From assembly GCA_002269645.1 (NCBI GenBank), contig NIVC01000834.1:248001-312000 (forward strand): a DNA stretch of 64,000 nucleotides, in the 5' to 3' direction. Origin of the DNA: Macrostomum lignano (lineage: Eukaryota). Below, piece by piece: positions 25,735-37,594 of this stretch. The position numbers were made by a program, and so were the translations under genes. Position 1 is the stretch's first letter. Each line of letters opens with the position of its first letter. The notes below the pieces were generated by a model that was not told the origin of the DNA, searched no databases, and saw nothing but the letters and a program-made list of their open reading frames with translations.

Positions 25735-26673
25735 ACTTTCATAGTAGCTCTCACCTGGTGCACTCTGCTGTTCTGCTTGGACAATCTGCCTCTGGATCCA
25801 TCGGCGCTGAAGGTGCAATTCGCCAACTATCTGATCCTGGACCTGCGCTTCATGATCTTCCTGAATGCCACCCTGCTAGGCCTGATCTTCCGCCGGCTGA
25901 GCCGCTCCGTGCTGTACTGGATTCTCGCGCTGTCCCTGCTGCTGTACTCCTACCAGATCCTGTGGGCCGACATGCTGACAGGCGACACCCTTCGCTACAA
26001 GCTGATGACGCCGATCTACAAGTCCCACGCCGCCTGGCTGCGCCGGAACTGCTCCAAGAAAATCCGGCTCCGCCCGGTGATCAACGTCGGCCAGAGAATT
26101 GTCGATCACGAGGTGCTGCACCTGGCGGATTCCGACGCATTCTACCCGACCATCGTGGGCCTGACGTGGTGTCTGGCCGCTCTGGCCAGCTGCCTGTTTG
26201 ACAGTCAGCTGGCGGTGCTGAAGAGCCCCTATTACTGCATTGGGGACTTGGCCAGCGTCAACTTCGCCAGGAGAATTAGCTCCGGGCTGGTGAACTGGGT
26301 CGCTCATCTTCTCAGCGCCGCCAGGGCTTCGCTGCAGTCGGTCCGCTGGTCCAATAAGCAAATCAATCGGAAATTTTGCTGCTGCCCTGCCAGCTGCCTC
26401 TGCTGCTCCTGCTGCGAGAAATCCGTGTCTCTGGCGTCGGCTGAGCAAAAAATGCGGCAACAGCAGCAACAGCAGCAGCAGCAGCTGACGCCTCTGCTTC
26501 AACAGGAGGAACTGGCCACAATGTCCATCGCCGAGCAGCTGGTGCGAGAGAAGTACACCAGGGAGGAGACTGAGCTGGTCCTGAGCAGCCTGGCTGAGGC
26601 GGGACTGAGGCAGCGACTCATCGATGGCAGCAGGCGGACGAGCGCGTTCAGCGTCACTTCCGATCCAATCTAG
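25735..26673 (+). CDS. Multipass membrane protein, terminal exon copy A (full model 783 aa)
   Basis: Acceptor CCACCAG; 313 codons to TAG; hydrophobic helices, then CCCPASCLCCSCC and a polyQ tail; the five exons sum to 2352 nt in frame. Confidence 0.87.
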   Translation, partial: TFIVALTWCTLLFCLDNLPLDPSALKVQFANYLILDLRFMIFLNATLLGLIFRRLSRSVLYWILALSLLLYSYQILWADMLTGDTLRYKLMTPIYKSHAAWLRRNCSKKIRLRPVINVGQRIVDHEVLHLADSDAFYPTIVGLTWCLAALASCLFDSQLAVLKSPYYCIGDLASVNFARRISSGLVNWVAHLLSAARASLQSVRWSNKQINRKFCCCPASCLCCSCCEKSVSLASAEQKMRQQQQQQQQQLTPLLQQEELATMSIAEQLVREKYTREETELVLSSLAEAGLRQRLIDGSRRTSAFSVTSDPI

Positions 26674-28681
26674 CTGATCCCAATCTAGCTGATCCCAATC
26701 TAGCTGATCCTAATCTAGCTGATTCCAATCTAGCTGATCCTAATCTAGCTGATCCTAATCTAGCTGATTCCAATCTAGCTGATCCCAATCTAACTGATCC
26801 TAATCTAGCTGATCCTAATCTAGCTGATCCCAATCTAGCTGATCCCAATCTAGCTGATCCTAATCTAGCTGATCCTAATCTAGCTGATCCTAATCTAGCT
26901 GATTCCAATCTAGCTGATCCCAATCTAACTGATCCCAATCTAGCTGATCCCAATCTAGCTGATCCCAATCTAACTGATCCTAATCTAGCTGATCCCAATC
27001 TAACTGATCCTAATCTAGCTGATCCTAATCTAGCTGATCCTAATCTAGCTGATTCCAATCTAGCTGATCCCAATCTAACTGATCCCAATCTAGCTGATCC
27101 CAATCTAGCTGATCCCAATCTAGCTGATCCCAATCTAGCTGATCCCAATCTAGCTGATCCCAATCTAGCTGATCCCAATCTAGCTGATCCCAATCTAGCT
27201 GATCCCAATCTAGCTGATCCCAATCTAGCTGATCCCAATCTAGCTGATCCCAATCTAGCTGATCCCAATCTAGCTGATCCCAATCTAGCTGATCCCAATC
27301 TAGCTGATTCCAATCTAGCTGATCCCAATCTAACTGATCCTAATCTAGCTGATCCTAATCTAGCTGATCCCAATCTAGCTGATCCCAATCTAGCTGATCC
27401 TAATCTAGCTGATCCTAATCTAGCTGATCCTAATCTAGCTGATTCCAATCTAGCTGATCCCAATCTAACTGATCCCAATCTAGCTGATCCCAATCTAGCT
27501 GATCCCAATCTAACTGATCCTAATCTAGCTGATCCCAATCTAACTGATCCTAATCTAGCTGATCCTAATCTAGCTGATCCTAATCTAGCTGATTCCAATC
27601 TAGCTGATCCCAATCTAACTGATCCCAATCTAGCTGATCCCAATCTAGCTGATCCCAATCTAGCTGATTCCAATCTAGCTGATCCCAATCTAACTGATCC
27701 CAATCTAGCTGATCCCAATCTAGCTGATCCCAATCTAACTGATCCTAATCTAGCTGATCCCAATCTAACTGATCCTAATCTAGCTGATCCTAATCTAGCT
27801 GATCCTAATCTAGCTGATTCCAATCTAGCTGATCCCAATCTAACTGATCCCAATCTAGCTGATCCCAATCTAGCTGATCCCAATCTAGCTGATCCCAATC
27901 TAGCTGATCCCAATCTAGCTGATCCCAATCTAGCTGATCCCAATCTAGCTGATCCCAATCTAGCTGATCCCAATCTAGCTGATCCCAATCTAGCTGATCC
28001 CAATCTAGCTGATCCCAATCTAGCTGATCCCAATCTAGCTGATCCCAATCTAGCTGATCCCAATCTAGCTGATTCCAATCTAGCTGATCCCAATCTAACT
28101 GATCCTAATCTAGCTGATCCTAATCTAGCTGATCCCAATCTAGCTGATCCCAATCTAGCTGATCCTAATCTAGCTGATCCTAATCTAGCTGATCCTAATC
28201 TAGCTGATTCCAATCTAGCTGATCCCAATCTAACTGATCCCAATCTAGCTGATCCCAATCTAGCTGATCCCAATCTAACTGATCCTAATCTAGCTGATCC
28301 CAATCTAACTGATCCTAATCTAGCTGATCCTAATCTAGCTGATCCTAATCTAGCTGATTCCAATCTAGCTGATCCCAATCTAACTGATCCCAATCTAGCT
28401 GATCCCAATCTAGCTGATCCCAATCTAGCTGATCCCAATCTAGCTGATCCCAATCTAGCTGATCCCAATCTAACTGATCCCAATCTAGCTGATCCCAATC
28501 TAGCTGATCCCAATCTAGCTGATCCCAATCTAGCTGATCCCAATCTAGCTGATCCCAATCTAGCTGATCCCAATCTAGCTGATCCCAATCTAGCTGATCC
28601 CAATCTAGCTGATCCCAATCTAGCTGATCCCAATCTAGCTGATCCCAATCTAGCTGATCCCAATCTAGCTGATTCCAATCT
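26662..28681. repeat. 15-bp tandem repeat CCAATCTAGCTGATC, ~134 copies, starting in the last codons and stop
   Basis: Direct reading. Confidence 0.97.
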
Positions 28682-29745
28682 GAATATTTTGTTATCATTA
28701 GCAAAGTACATCAAACGCAGTTATATTTATAAAGTTAATATATAGCAGATCGAATTTATGAATTTCTTTGTAAAAAGCTTTTGCACCTATTATACATATT
28801 TCTGCAATTTAGCTAACAAATGCGAACAAATCTGGCGTAGTTATTTGCTAACGAAGTGAGCGAACTAATCTATTTATTTAATAATCAACTGCCAAATTAT
28901 TAAACTAAATAACTAATCACCTACCTAATTATCAGTAATTAACATCAATAAAATAAATGACGCACTAATTATTACTCTGAAGCAACAGTGCGTGTTATAT
29001 ATGTTGCATTCTGATTATTTTTTGTTTATTTGTTTATTTGCAGAGCAAAGGAAACTAATTACATGTATAGTATTTAAGCTTTTTTGAAACAAATACCGGT
29101 ATTTAGAATTAGGTAATTGTAGTCCACTATTTGCTACTGGCATTCCTCTACAGTGGAGTAGTGCGAATATTTTACTAATTAAACAACAAGAATTTTGGCA
29201 CTATTTTTTGCGACAATGATGTGTGTATTTAGAAGTAGTGGTTGAATTGAGAGATTAAACAAAATTGTATGATTAATGGCATTTACGAAAAAGCAGAATT
29301 TTCAGAATAAAAAAAATCAATACAGAATCTTTACATCACAATAAGCAGCAGTGAAGTCGACTTGAAGTCCAGATGGAAAACGAATTTTTCAAAGTAACTT
29401 TGTACACGTAACAGCTGAATACTCGTCTTAAAAATTTATGGGAATGCTTTAGCCTCATTAACTACTAGCCTCATGTTATTCATACACAGCTAAAGCAAGA
29501 ACCACTCAAGTAGGATGGGAGAATACGTTTCTTAAAAAATTAGGAAGCAGGTTTTGCCAAAAAGTACATTTACGTAGATAGGAGGTTTTAATTTTTTCAG
29601 TAGAAAAATATTATAAATTAATAGTAATTAGAAATACAGAGCTATAAGAGTGGCAATTTATATCAAAAGGTTGAACACTGGGTCTACCTCCTAGTGAAAG
29701 CAATAACAATTTTTGTTGTTTGTTTTTGTTTTTTGAGATGGGTGA
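28682..29745. repeat. AT-rich ~1.06-kb segment duplicated at 32296-33345
   Basis: Near-identical with scattered SNPs and small indels. Confidence 0.93.
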
Positions 29746-31150
29746 AAGAGATGGGGAGAGGGAGATGGGGAGAGGGAGATGGGGAGAGGGAGATGGGAGA
29801 GGGAGATGGGGAGAGGGAGATGGGGAGAGTGAGATGTGGAGAGTGAGATGGGTGAAGGAGATGGGAGAGAGAGATGGGGAGAGGGAAATGGGGAGAGGGA
29901 AATGGGAGAGGGAGATGGGAGAGGGAGATGGGAGAGGGAGATGGGAGAGGGAGATGGGAGAGGGAGATGGGAGAGGGAGATGGGAGAGGGAGATGGGAGA
30001 GGGAGATGGGAGAGGGAGATGGGAGAGGGAGATGGGAGAGGGAGATGGGAGAGGGAGATTGGAGACGGAGATGGGGAGAGTGAGATGGGTGAAGGAGATG
30101 GGGAGAGGGAGATAGGGAGAGGGAAATGGGAGAGGGAGATGGGAGAGGGAGATGGGAGAGGGAGATGGGAGAGGGAGATTGGAGAGGGAGATGGGAGAGG
30201 GAGATGGGAGTGGGAGATGGGAGAGGGAGATTGGAGAGGGAGATGGGAGAGGGAGATGGGAGAGGGAGATTGGAGAGGGAGATGGGGAGAGTGAGATGGG
30301 AGAGGGAGATGGGAGAGGGAGGTTAGAGAGGGAAATGGGAGAGGGAGATGGGAGAGTGAGATGGGAGAGGGTGATTGGAGAGGGAAATGGGAGAGGGAGA
30401 TGGGAGAGGGAGATGGGGAGAGGGAGGTTAGAGAGGGAAATGGGAGAGGGAGATGGGAGAGGGAGATGGGAGAGGGAGATGGGGAGAGGGAGATGGGGAG
30501 AGTGAGATGGGTGAAGAGATGGGAGAGTGAGATGGTGAGGGAGATTGGAGAGGGAAATGGGAGAGGGAGATGGGAGAGGGAGATGGGGAGAGGGAGATGG
30601 GGAGAGTGAGATGGGTGAAGAGATGGGAGAGTGAGATGGGTGAGGGAGATTGGAGAGGGAAATGGGAGAGGGAGATGGAAGAGGGAGATGGGGAGAGGGA
30701 GGTTAGAGAGGGTAATGGGAGAGGGAGATGGGAGAGGGAGATGGGGAGAGTGAGATGGGGAGAGTGAGATGGGTGAAGAGATGGGAGAGTGAGATGGGTG
30801 AGGGAGATTGGAGAGGAAAATGGGAGAGGGAGATGGAAGAGGGAGATGGGGAGAGGGAGGTTAGAGAGGGTAATGGGAGAGGGAGATGGGAGAGGGAGAT
30901 GGGAGAGGGAGATGGGAGAGTAAGATGTGTGAAGGAGATGGGAGAGGGAGATTGGAGAGGGAAATGGGAGAGGGAGATGGGAGAGGGAGATGGGAGAGGG
31001 AGATGGGAGAGGGAGATTGGAGAGGGAGATGGGAGAGGGAGATGGGAGAGGGAGATGGGAGAGGGAGATGGGAGAGGGAGATTGGAGAGGGAGATGGGAG
31101 AGGGAGATGGGAGAAGGAGATTGGAGAGGGAGATGGGAGAGGGAGATGAG
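29745..31150. repeat. GA-rich minisatellite, same family as 25010-25680
   Basis: Direct reading; ends with the same pre-acceptor sequence as copy A. Confidence 0.95.
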
Positions 31151-31208
31151 GAGAGTGAGACGGAGACGATGAAAGTCAATCAATGAATCGATTGCCCAAC
31201 CCCACTAG

Positions 31209-31927
31209 ACATTCATAGTAGCTCTCACCTGGTGCACTCTGCTGTTCTGCTTGGACAATCTGCCTCTGGATCCATCGGTGCTGAAGGTGCAATTCGCCAA
31301 CTATCTGATCCTGGACCTGCGCTTCATGATCTTCCTGAATGCCACCCTGCTAGGCCTGACCTTCCGCCGGCTGAGCCGCTCCGTGCTGTACTGGATTCTC
31401 GCGCTGTCCCTCCTGCTGTACTCCTACCAGATCCTGTGGGCCGACATGCTGACAGGCGACACCCTTCGCTACAAGCTGATGACGCCGATCTACAAGTCCC
31501 ACGCCGCCTGGCTGCGCCGGAACTGCTCCAAGAAAATCCGGCTCCGCCCGGTGATCAACGTCGGCCAGAGAATTGTCGATCACGAGGTGCTGCACCTGGC
31601 GGATTCCGACGCATTCTACCCGACCATCGTGGGCCTGACGTGGTACCTGGCCGCTCTGGCCAGCTGCCTGTTTGACAGTCAGCTGGCGGTGCTGAAGAGC
31701 CCCTATTACTGCATTGGGGACTTGGCCAGCGTCAACTTTGCCAGGAGAATCAGCTCCGGGCTGGTGAACTGGGTCGCTCATCTTCTCAGCGCCGCCAGGG
31801 CTTCGCTGCAGTCGGTCCGCTGGTCCAATAAGCAGATCAATAAGAAATTTTGCTGCTGCCCCTCCAGCTGCCTCTGCTGCTCCTGCTGCGAGAAATCCGT
31901 GTCTCTGGCGTCGGCTGAGCAAAAAAT

Positions 31928-31959
<32 letters not shown>

Positions 31960-32147
31960 TGACGCCTCTGCTTCAACAGGAGGAACTGGCCACAATGTCC
32001 ATCGCCGAGCAGCTGGTGCGGGAGAAGTACACCAGGGAGGAGACTGAGCTGGTCCTGAGCAGCCTGGCTGAGGCGGGACTGAGGCAGCGACTCATCGATG
32101 GCAGCAGGCGGACGAGCGCGTTCAGCGTCACTTCCGATCCAATCTAG
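31209..32147 (+). CDS. Duplicated terminal exon copy B of the multipass membrane protein
   Basis: 939 nt, intact frame, acceptor CCACTAG; 6 amino-acid differences from copy A. Confidence 0.75.
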
Positions 32148-32295
32148 CTGATCCCAATCTAGCTGATCCCAATCTAGCTGATCCCAATCTAGCTGATCCC
32201 AATCTAGCTGATCCCAATCTAGCTGATCCCAATCTAGCTGATCCCAATCTAGCTGATCCCAATCTAGCTGATCCCAATCTAGCTGATCCCAATCT
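32136..32295. repeat. 15-bp tandem repeat CCAATCTAGCTGATC, ~10 copies
   Basis: Paralogue of 26662-28681. Confidence 0.95.
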
Positions 32296-33345
32296 GAATA
32301 TTTTGTTATCATTAGCAAAGTACATCAAGCGCAGTTATATTTATAAAGTTAATATATAGCAGATCGAATTTATGAATTTCTTTCCAAAAAGCCTTTGAAC
32401 CTATTATACATATATCTGCAATTTAGCTAACAAATGCCAACAAATATGGCGTAATTATTTGCTGACGAAGTAAGAGAACTAATCTATTTATTTAATAATC
32501 AACTGCCAAATTATTAAGCTAAATAACTAATCACCTACCTAATTATCAGTAATTAACATCAATAAAATAAATGACGCACAAATTATTACTCTGAAGCAAC
32601 AGTGCGTGTTATATATGTTGCATTCTGATTGTTTTTTGTTTATTTGTTTATTTGCAGAGCAAAGGAAACTAATTATAGTATTTAAGCTTTTTTGAAACAA
32701 ATACCGGTATTTAGAATTAGGTAATTGTAGTCCACTATTTGCTACTGGCATCTCTCTACAGTAGAGTAGTGCGAATATTTTACTAATTAAACAACAAGAA
32801 TTTTGGCACTATTTTTTGCGACAATGATGTGTGTATTTAGAAGTAGTGGTTGAATTGAGAGAATAAACAAAATTGTATGATTAATGGTATTTACGAAAAA
32901 GCAGAATTTTCAGAATTAAAAAAATCAATACAGAATCTTTACATCACAATAAGCAGCAGTGAAGTCGACTTGAAGTCCAGATGGAAAACGAATTTTTCAA
33001 AGTAACTTTGTACACGTAACAGCTGAATACTCGTCTTAAAAATTTATGGGAATGCTTTAGCCTCATTAACTACTAGCCTCATGTTATTCATACACAGCTA
33101 AAGCAAGAACCACTCAAGTAGGATGGGAGAATACGTTTCTTAAAAAATTAGGAAGCAGGTTTTGCCAAAAAGTACATTTACGTAGATAGGAGGTTTTAAT
33201 TTTTTCAGTAGAAAAATATTATAAATTAATAGTAATTAGAAATACAGAGCTATAAGAGTGGCAATTTATATCAAAAGGTTGAACACTGGGTCTACCTCCT
33301 AGTGAAAGCAATAACAATTTTTGTTGTTTGTTTTTGTTTTTTGAG
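32296..33345. repeat. Second copy of the AT-rich segment 28682-29745
   Basis: Visual alignment. Confidence 0.93.
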
Positions 33346-35177
33346 ATGGGTGAAAGAGATGGGGAGAGGGAGATGGGGAGAGGGAGATGGGGAGAGGGAG
33401 ATGGGGAGAGGGAGATGGGGAGAGGGAGATGGGGAGAGTGAGATGTGGAGAGTGAGATGGGTGAAGGAGATGGGAGAGAGAGATGGGGAGAGGGAAATGG
33501 GGAGAGGGAAATGGGAGAGGGAGATGGGAGAGGGAGATGGGAGAGGGAGATGGGAGAGGGAGATGGGAGAGGGAGATGGGAGAGGGAGATGGGTGAAGAG
33601 ATGGGAGAGTGAGATGGGTGAGGGAGATTGGAGAGGGAAATGGGAGAGGGAGATGGAAGAGGGAGATGGGGAGAGGGAGGTTAGAGAGGGTAATGGGAGA
33701 GGGAGATGGGAGAGGGAGATGGGAGAGGGAGATGGGAGAGTGAGATGTGTGAAGGAGATGGGAGAGGGAGATGAGAGTGAAGGAGATGGGAGAGGGAGAT
33801 TGGAGAGGGAAATGGGAGAGGGAGATGGGAGAGGGAGATGGGAGAGGGAGATGGGAGAGGGAGATGGGAGAGGGAGATGGGGAGAGGGAGATGGGGAGAG
33901 TGAGATGGGTGAAGAGATGGGAGAGTGAGATGGGTGAGGGAGATTGGAGAGGGAAATGGGAGAGGGAGATGGAAGAGGGAGATGGGGAGAGGGAGGTTAG
34001 AGAGGGTAATGGGAGAGGGAGATGGGAGAGGGAGATGGGAGAGGGAGATGGGAGAGGGAGATGTGTGAAGGAGATGGGAGAGGGAGATGAGAGTGAAGGA
34101 GATGGGAGAGGGAGATTGGAGAGGGAAATGGGAGAGGGAGATGGGAGAGGGAGATGGGAGAGGGAGATGGGAGAGGGAGATGGGAGAGGGAGATGGGAGA
34201 GGGAGATGGGAGAGGGAGATGGGAGAGGGAGATGGGAGAGGGAGATGGGAGAGGGAGATGGGAGAGGGAGATTGGAGAGGGAGATGGGAGAGGGAGATGG
34301 GAGGAGATTGGAGAGGGAGATGGGAGAGGGAGATGGGAGAGGGAGATGGGAGAGGGAGATTGGAGACGGAGATGGGGAGAGAGGGTGAAGGAGATGGGGA
34401 GAGGGAAATGGAGAGGGAAATGGGAGAGGGAGATGGGAGAGGGAGATGGAGAGGGAGATGGGAGAGGGAGATGGGAGAGGGAGATGGGAGAGGGAGATGG
34501 GAGAGGGAGATAGGGAGAGGGAAATGGGAGAGGGAGATGGGAGAGGGAGATGGGAGAGGGAGATGGGAGAGGGAGATGGGAGAGGGAGATGGGAGAGGGA
34601 GATTGGAGAGGGAGATGGGAGAGGGAGATGGGAGTGGGAGATGGGAGAGGGAGATGGGAGAGGGAGATTGGAGAGGGAGATGGGAGAGGGAGATGGGAGA
34701 GGGAGATTGGAGAGGGAGATGGGGAGAGTGAGATGGGAGAGGGAGATGGGAGAGGGAGGTTAGAGAGGGAAATGGGAGAGGGAGATGGGAGAGTGAGATG
34801 GGAGAGGGAGATTGGAGAGGGAAATGGGAGAGGGAGATGGGAGAGGGAGATGGGGAGAGGGAGGTTAGAGAGGGAAATGGGAGAGGGAGATGGGAGAGGG
34901 GGATGGGAGAGGGAGATGGGGAGAGGGAGATGGGGAGAGTGAGATGGGTGAAGAGATGGGAGAGTGAGATGGTGAGGGAGATTGGAGAGGGAAATGGGAG
35001 AGGGAGATGGAAGAGGGAGATGGGGAGAGGGAGGTTAGAGAGGGTAATGGGAGAGGGAGATGGGAGAGGGAGATGGGGAGAGTGAGATGGGGAGAGTGAG
35101 ATGGGTGAAGAGATGGGAGAGTGAGATGGGTGAGGGAGATGGGAGAGGGAAATGGGAGAGGGAGATGGGAGAGAGGG
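33345..35177. repeat. GA-rich minisatellite, third block
   Basis: Direct reading; not followed by a third exon copy. Confidence 0.95.
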
Positions 35178-35538
35178 ATTTTTCGGTGAAACCTGACTCC
35201 TACCGGTAAATTTAAATTTTCCTCGAAACATAGTTTGCCGTCCTTCTACTTGAGTACTCATTGAGCTAATGTACATTTAAGGTATTCGCCGCGGACGCAC
35301 CCTGGCGCAACGCTTTCGGCCACATATCGTCCCACAAACAGAGGTGACGCAATTTTATCAATTCCACTGACTCCTGAGCCACAATACTCACACACGCTCA
35401 CGCAGGGTGTTCAGCGACCCTTCAACTTTCTAGTCGTGCAAGGCATGTACAGTCTGCGCCTTGGGGGTTGGCCCTCAGGTAAAAAGCAGCTATCATAAAG
35501 CAGCTAAATATCGCTAAGAAATTTTGCCACTAAAAAAG

Positions 35539-35883
35539 TCAAGCACAGCAGTGATGATGCAACAGCGACCCAGCTGCAGTTTCTATCAAATCTTGAGACT
35601 CCATTGCCATAGTTGACTCGAACAAAATGGCTGACTTCGTCCGATTGACCAGCTGACTTTGCACTTTTGTAACTGTACAGCGACTCTCGCGAAGACCCAG
35701 CGCCGATCTGGAACTGCTGAGTTGTTGCGACTCCGCCGAGTCTGACGAGCCCTCGGTGGTGAAAAAGCGCGTCACCTCAGGCCCGACTGCTTGCAGCTGG
35801 TCGTTGTAATACGAGTGCACTCTTAGCTTGACGATGTACAGAGTTGCCGGGGACAGGGGTTGGATGACGAGGCTGGTTTTTTC
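35539..35883 (-). CDS. ANOS1: Anosmin-1/KAL-1 homologue, last exon (end of FN3.4 plus tail)
   Basis: Acceptor TTTTTAG; EKTSLVIQPLSPATLYIVKLRV..GPEVTRFFTT aligns with anosmin VLTVPNLRPSTLYRLEV..GPATIKTFRT; TGA at 35539. Confidence 0.85.
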   Translation of the reverse strand, partial: EKTSLVIQPLSPATLYIVKLRVHSYYNDQLQAVGPEVTRFFTTEGSSDSAESQQLSSSRSALGLRESRCTVTKVQSQLVNRTKSAILFESTMAMESQDLIETAAGSLLHHHCCA

Positions 35884-36121
35884 CTAAAAAATTTTTTAAT
35901 GCGATTCGGATCAGTCAGAAAAATCCACCTTTTTAAAAACGCAACGTTTTAAACGGTGTAAAATTACGCGTTTTGGCGTGAATTTAAATTTGAATAAATT
36001 TAGTTATTTTTCTCATGTGGAGGCACAGAGCATCTCAGTGATTTGGCAGTCGCCTTGACTTGCCAAATATTGCTGCAAGAAATTAAAGTACAAACCTAAA
36101 TGTACTTTTACTCGTACATAC

Positions 36122-36378
36122 CTTAATTATCCGACTGACAGCTTTGTCCAGATCCATCTGTGGCAACAGGCCAGACGAGCTGTACGCGTCCTGACTGACC
36201 GGCTCGTCTTTGCGCGGTCCCCACAAAATTCTGTAAGCTGCCGTTTGATTTGGCGAGCCTGGCAACCTCTCTGGTGCCTGCCAGCTGATTCGATAGGCCA
36301 GCTGCCTGCCGTTGGCGGCCCGACTGTTGAACAGCCGCTGAACCCGGATGTTGGCGGGCTCGCCTGGGTTCAGGTTTT
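36122..36378 (-). CDS. ANOS1: Anosmin-1 homologue exon (start of FN3.4)
   Basis: Acceptor CATTTCAG phase 1; ..GEPANIRVQ..YRISWQAP..AAYRILWGP..; donor AAG|GTATGT. Confidence 0.85.
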
Positions 36379-36440
36379 CTGAAATGTTTCATTTGATTGC
36401 TGATGGGATTCTTGTTGGGACAGAGCAGGTCAAAGGTTCG

Positions 36441-36580
36441 GGACTGGGACTGGGACTGGGACTGGGACTGGGACTGGGACTGGGACTGGGACTGGGACTG
36501 GGACTGGGACTGGGACTGGGACTGGGACTGGGACTGGGACTGGGACTGGGACTGGGACTGGGACTGGGACTGGGACTGGG
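36441..36580. repeat. (GGGACT)n microsatellite
   Basis: Direct reading, ~23 copies. Confidence 0.97.
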
Positions 36581-36656
36581 AATTACCTCGGAAGAATTAC
36601 CTCGGCGCTGATTATGGAAAAAATAATATAGACATGTATCTTAATTACTGACGATT

Positions 36657-36845
36657 GATGAAGCTTAGATGAGGCTGGAAACACAGCTGCATCTCTACCT
36701 CACTGATTGAGTGTGATGAAGCTTAGATGAATCTGGAAACACAGCTGCATCTCTACCTCACTGATTGAGTGTGATGAAGCTTAGATGAATCTGGAAACAC
36801 AGCTGCATCTCTACCTCACTGATTGAGTGTGATGAAGCTTAGATA
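36657..36845. repeat. 58-bp tandem repeat, ~3.2 copies
   Basis: Unit starts at 36657, 36715, 36773, 36831. Confidence 0.93.
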
Positions 36846-36938
36846 AGGCTAGAATCGAATCTGCATGAACTCTATTCATTCTCTCGTGATACTACTGAAG
36901 TTAGCCTTCCATACGAGTAGTATACAGCGCATTTTAAC

Positions 36939-37239
36939 CGTGCCTGATCCCTGGCAGAGCTCGGCATACCTGGTGCATGGCTGCAAGTTGGCGGTCTGCT
37001 TCCAGAGGCAACTGCAACCCGGCGCAAGGCGGAGTGCTAAAGCAGGCTTCCGGGCCCAAATCCAGCTGAGGACTCGAACCAAGGTTGTCGCGACTTTCGA
37101 ACTCGTCGTAGCTGCGGTCCTCGGTTAGGATGGCCAGCCGCTCCGGCTGAACCGGCCTCAGGGCAATTGAGTAGCGGCAGTGGAACTGCAGCTGGCCGAT
37201 GCCGAACTCGCGGCCCTGAGGGATGGAGCGGAGTGGCAG
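36939..37239 (-). CDS. ANOS1: Anosmin-1 homologue exon (end of FN3.3); 3' boundary is 36939 or 36970
   Basis: REFGIGQLQFHCRYSIALRPV and EACFSTPPC align with anosmin [20 protein letters not shown] and AVFFTTPPC. Confidence 0.82.
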
Positions 37240-37269
37240 CTGAGGACTGGATCTGGCAGTGGGACTGTT

Positions 37270-37583
37270 ATCGGGACTGGGACTGGGACTGGGACTGGGA
37301 CTGGGACTGGGACTAGGACTCGGACTGGGACTGGCGGGACACACACAACGAGAGACGCAAACACTGATAAAGACACAGACACAGACTCAGATACAGACAC
37401 AGACAGAAACAGACACAGATACAGACACAGACACAGACACAGACACAGACACAGATACAGACTCAGACACAGACACAGACACAGACACAGATACAGACAC
37501 AGACACAGACACAGACACAGACTCAGATACAGACACAGACACAGACACAGTCACTGACACAGTCACTGACACAGACACAGACT
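37270..37583. repeat. (GGGACT)n followed by (GACACA)n microsatellites, intronic
   Basis: Direct reading. Confidence 0.95.
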
Positions 37584-37594
37584 GAGCTCCCCAC

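Noticed and set aside
26654-28714. 686-aa (LGSAR)n and (DWDQL)n ORFs
   Set aside because: Translation of the 15-bp array; copy number varies about 13-fold between paralogues.
36441-36580. (GGGACT)n as an interstitial telomere
   Set aside because: Not TTAGGG and no degenerate telomeric units; ordinary hexamer microsatellite.
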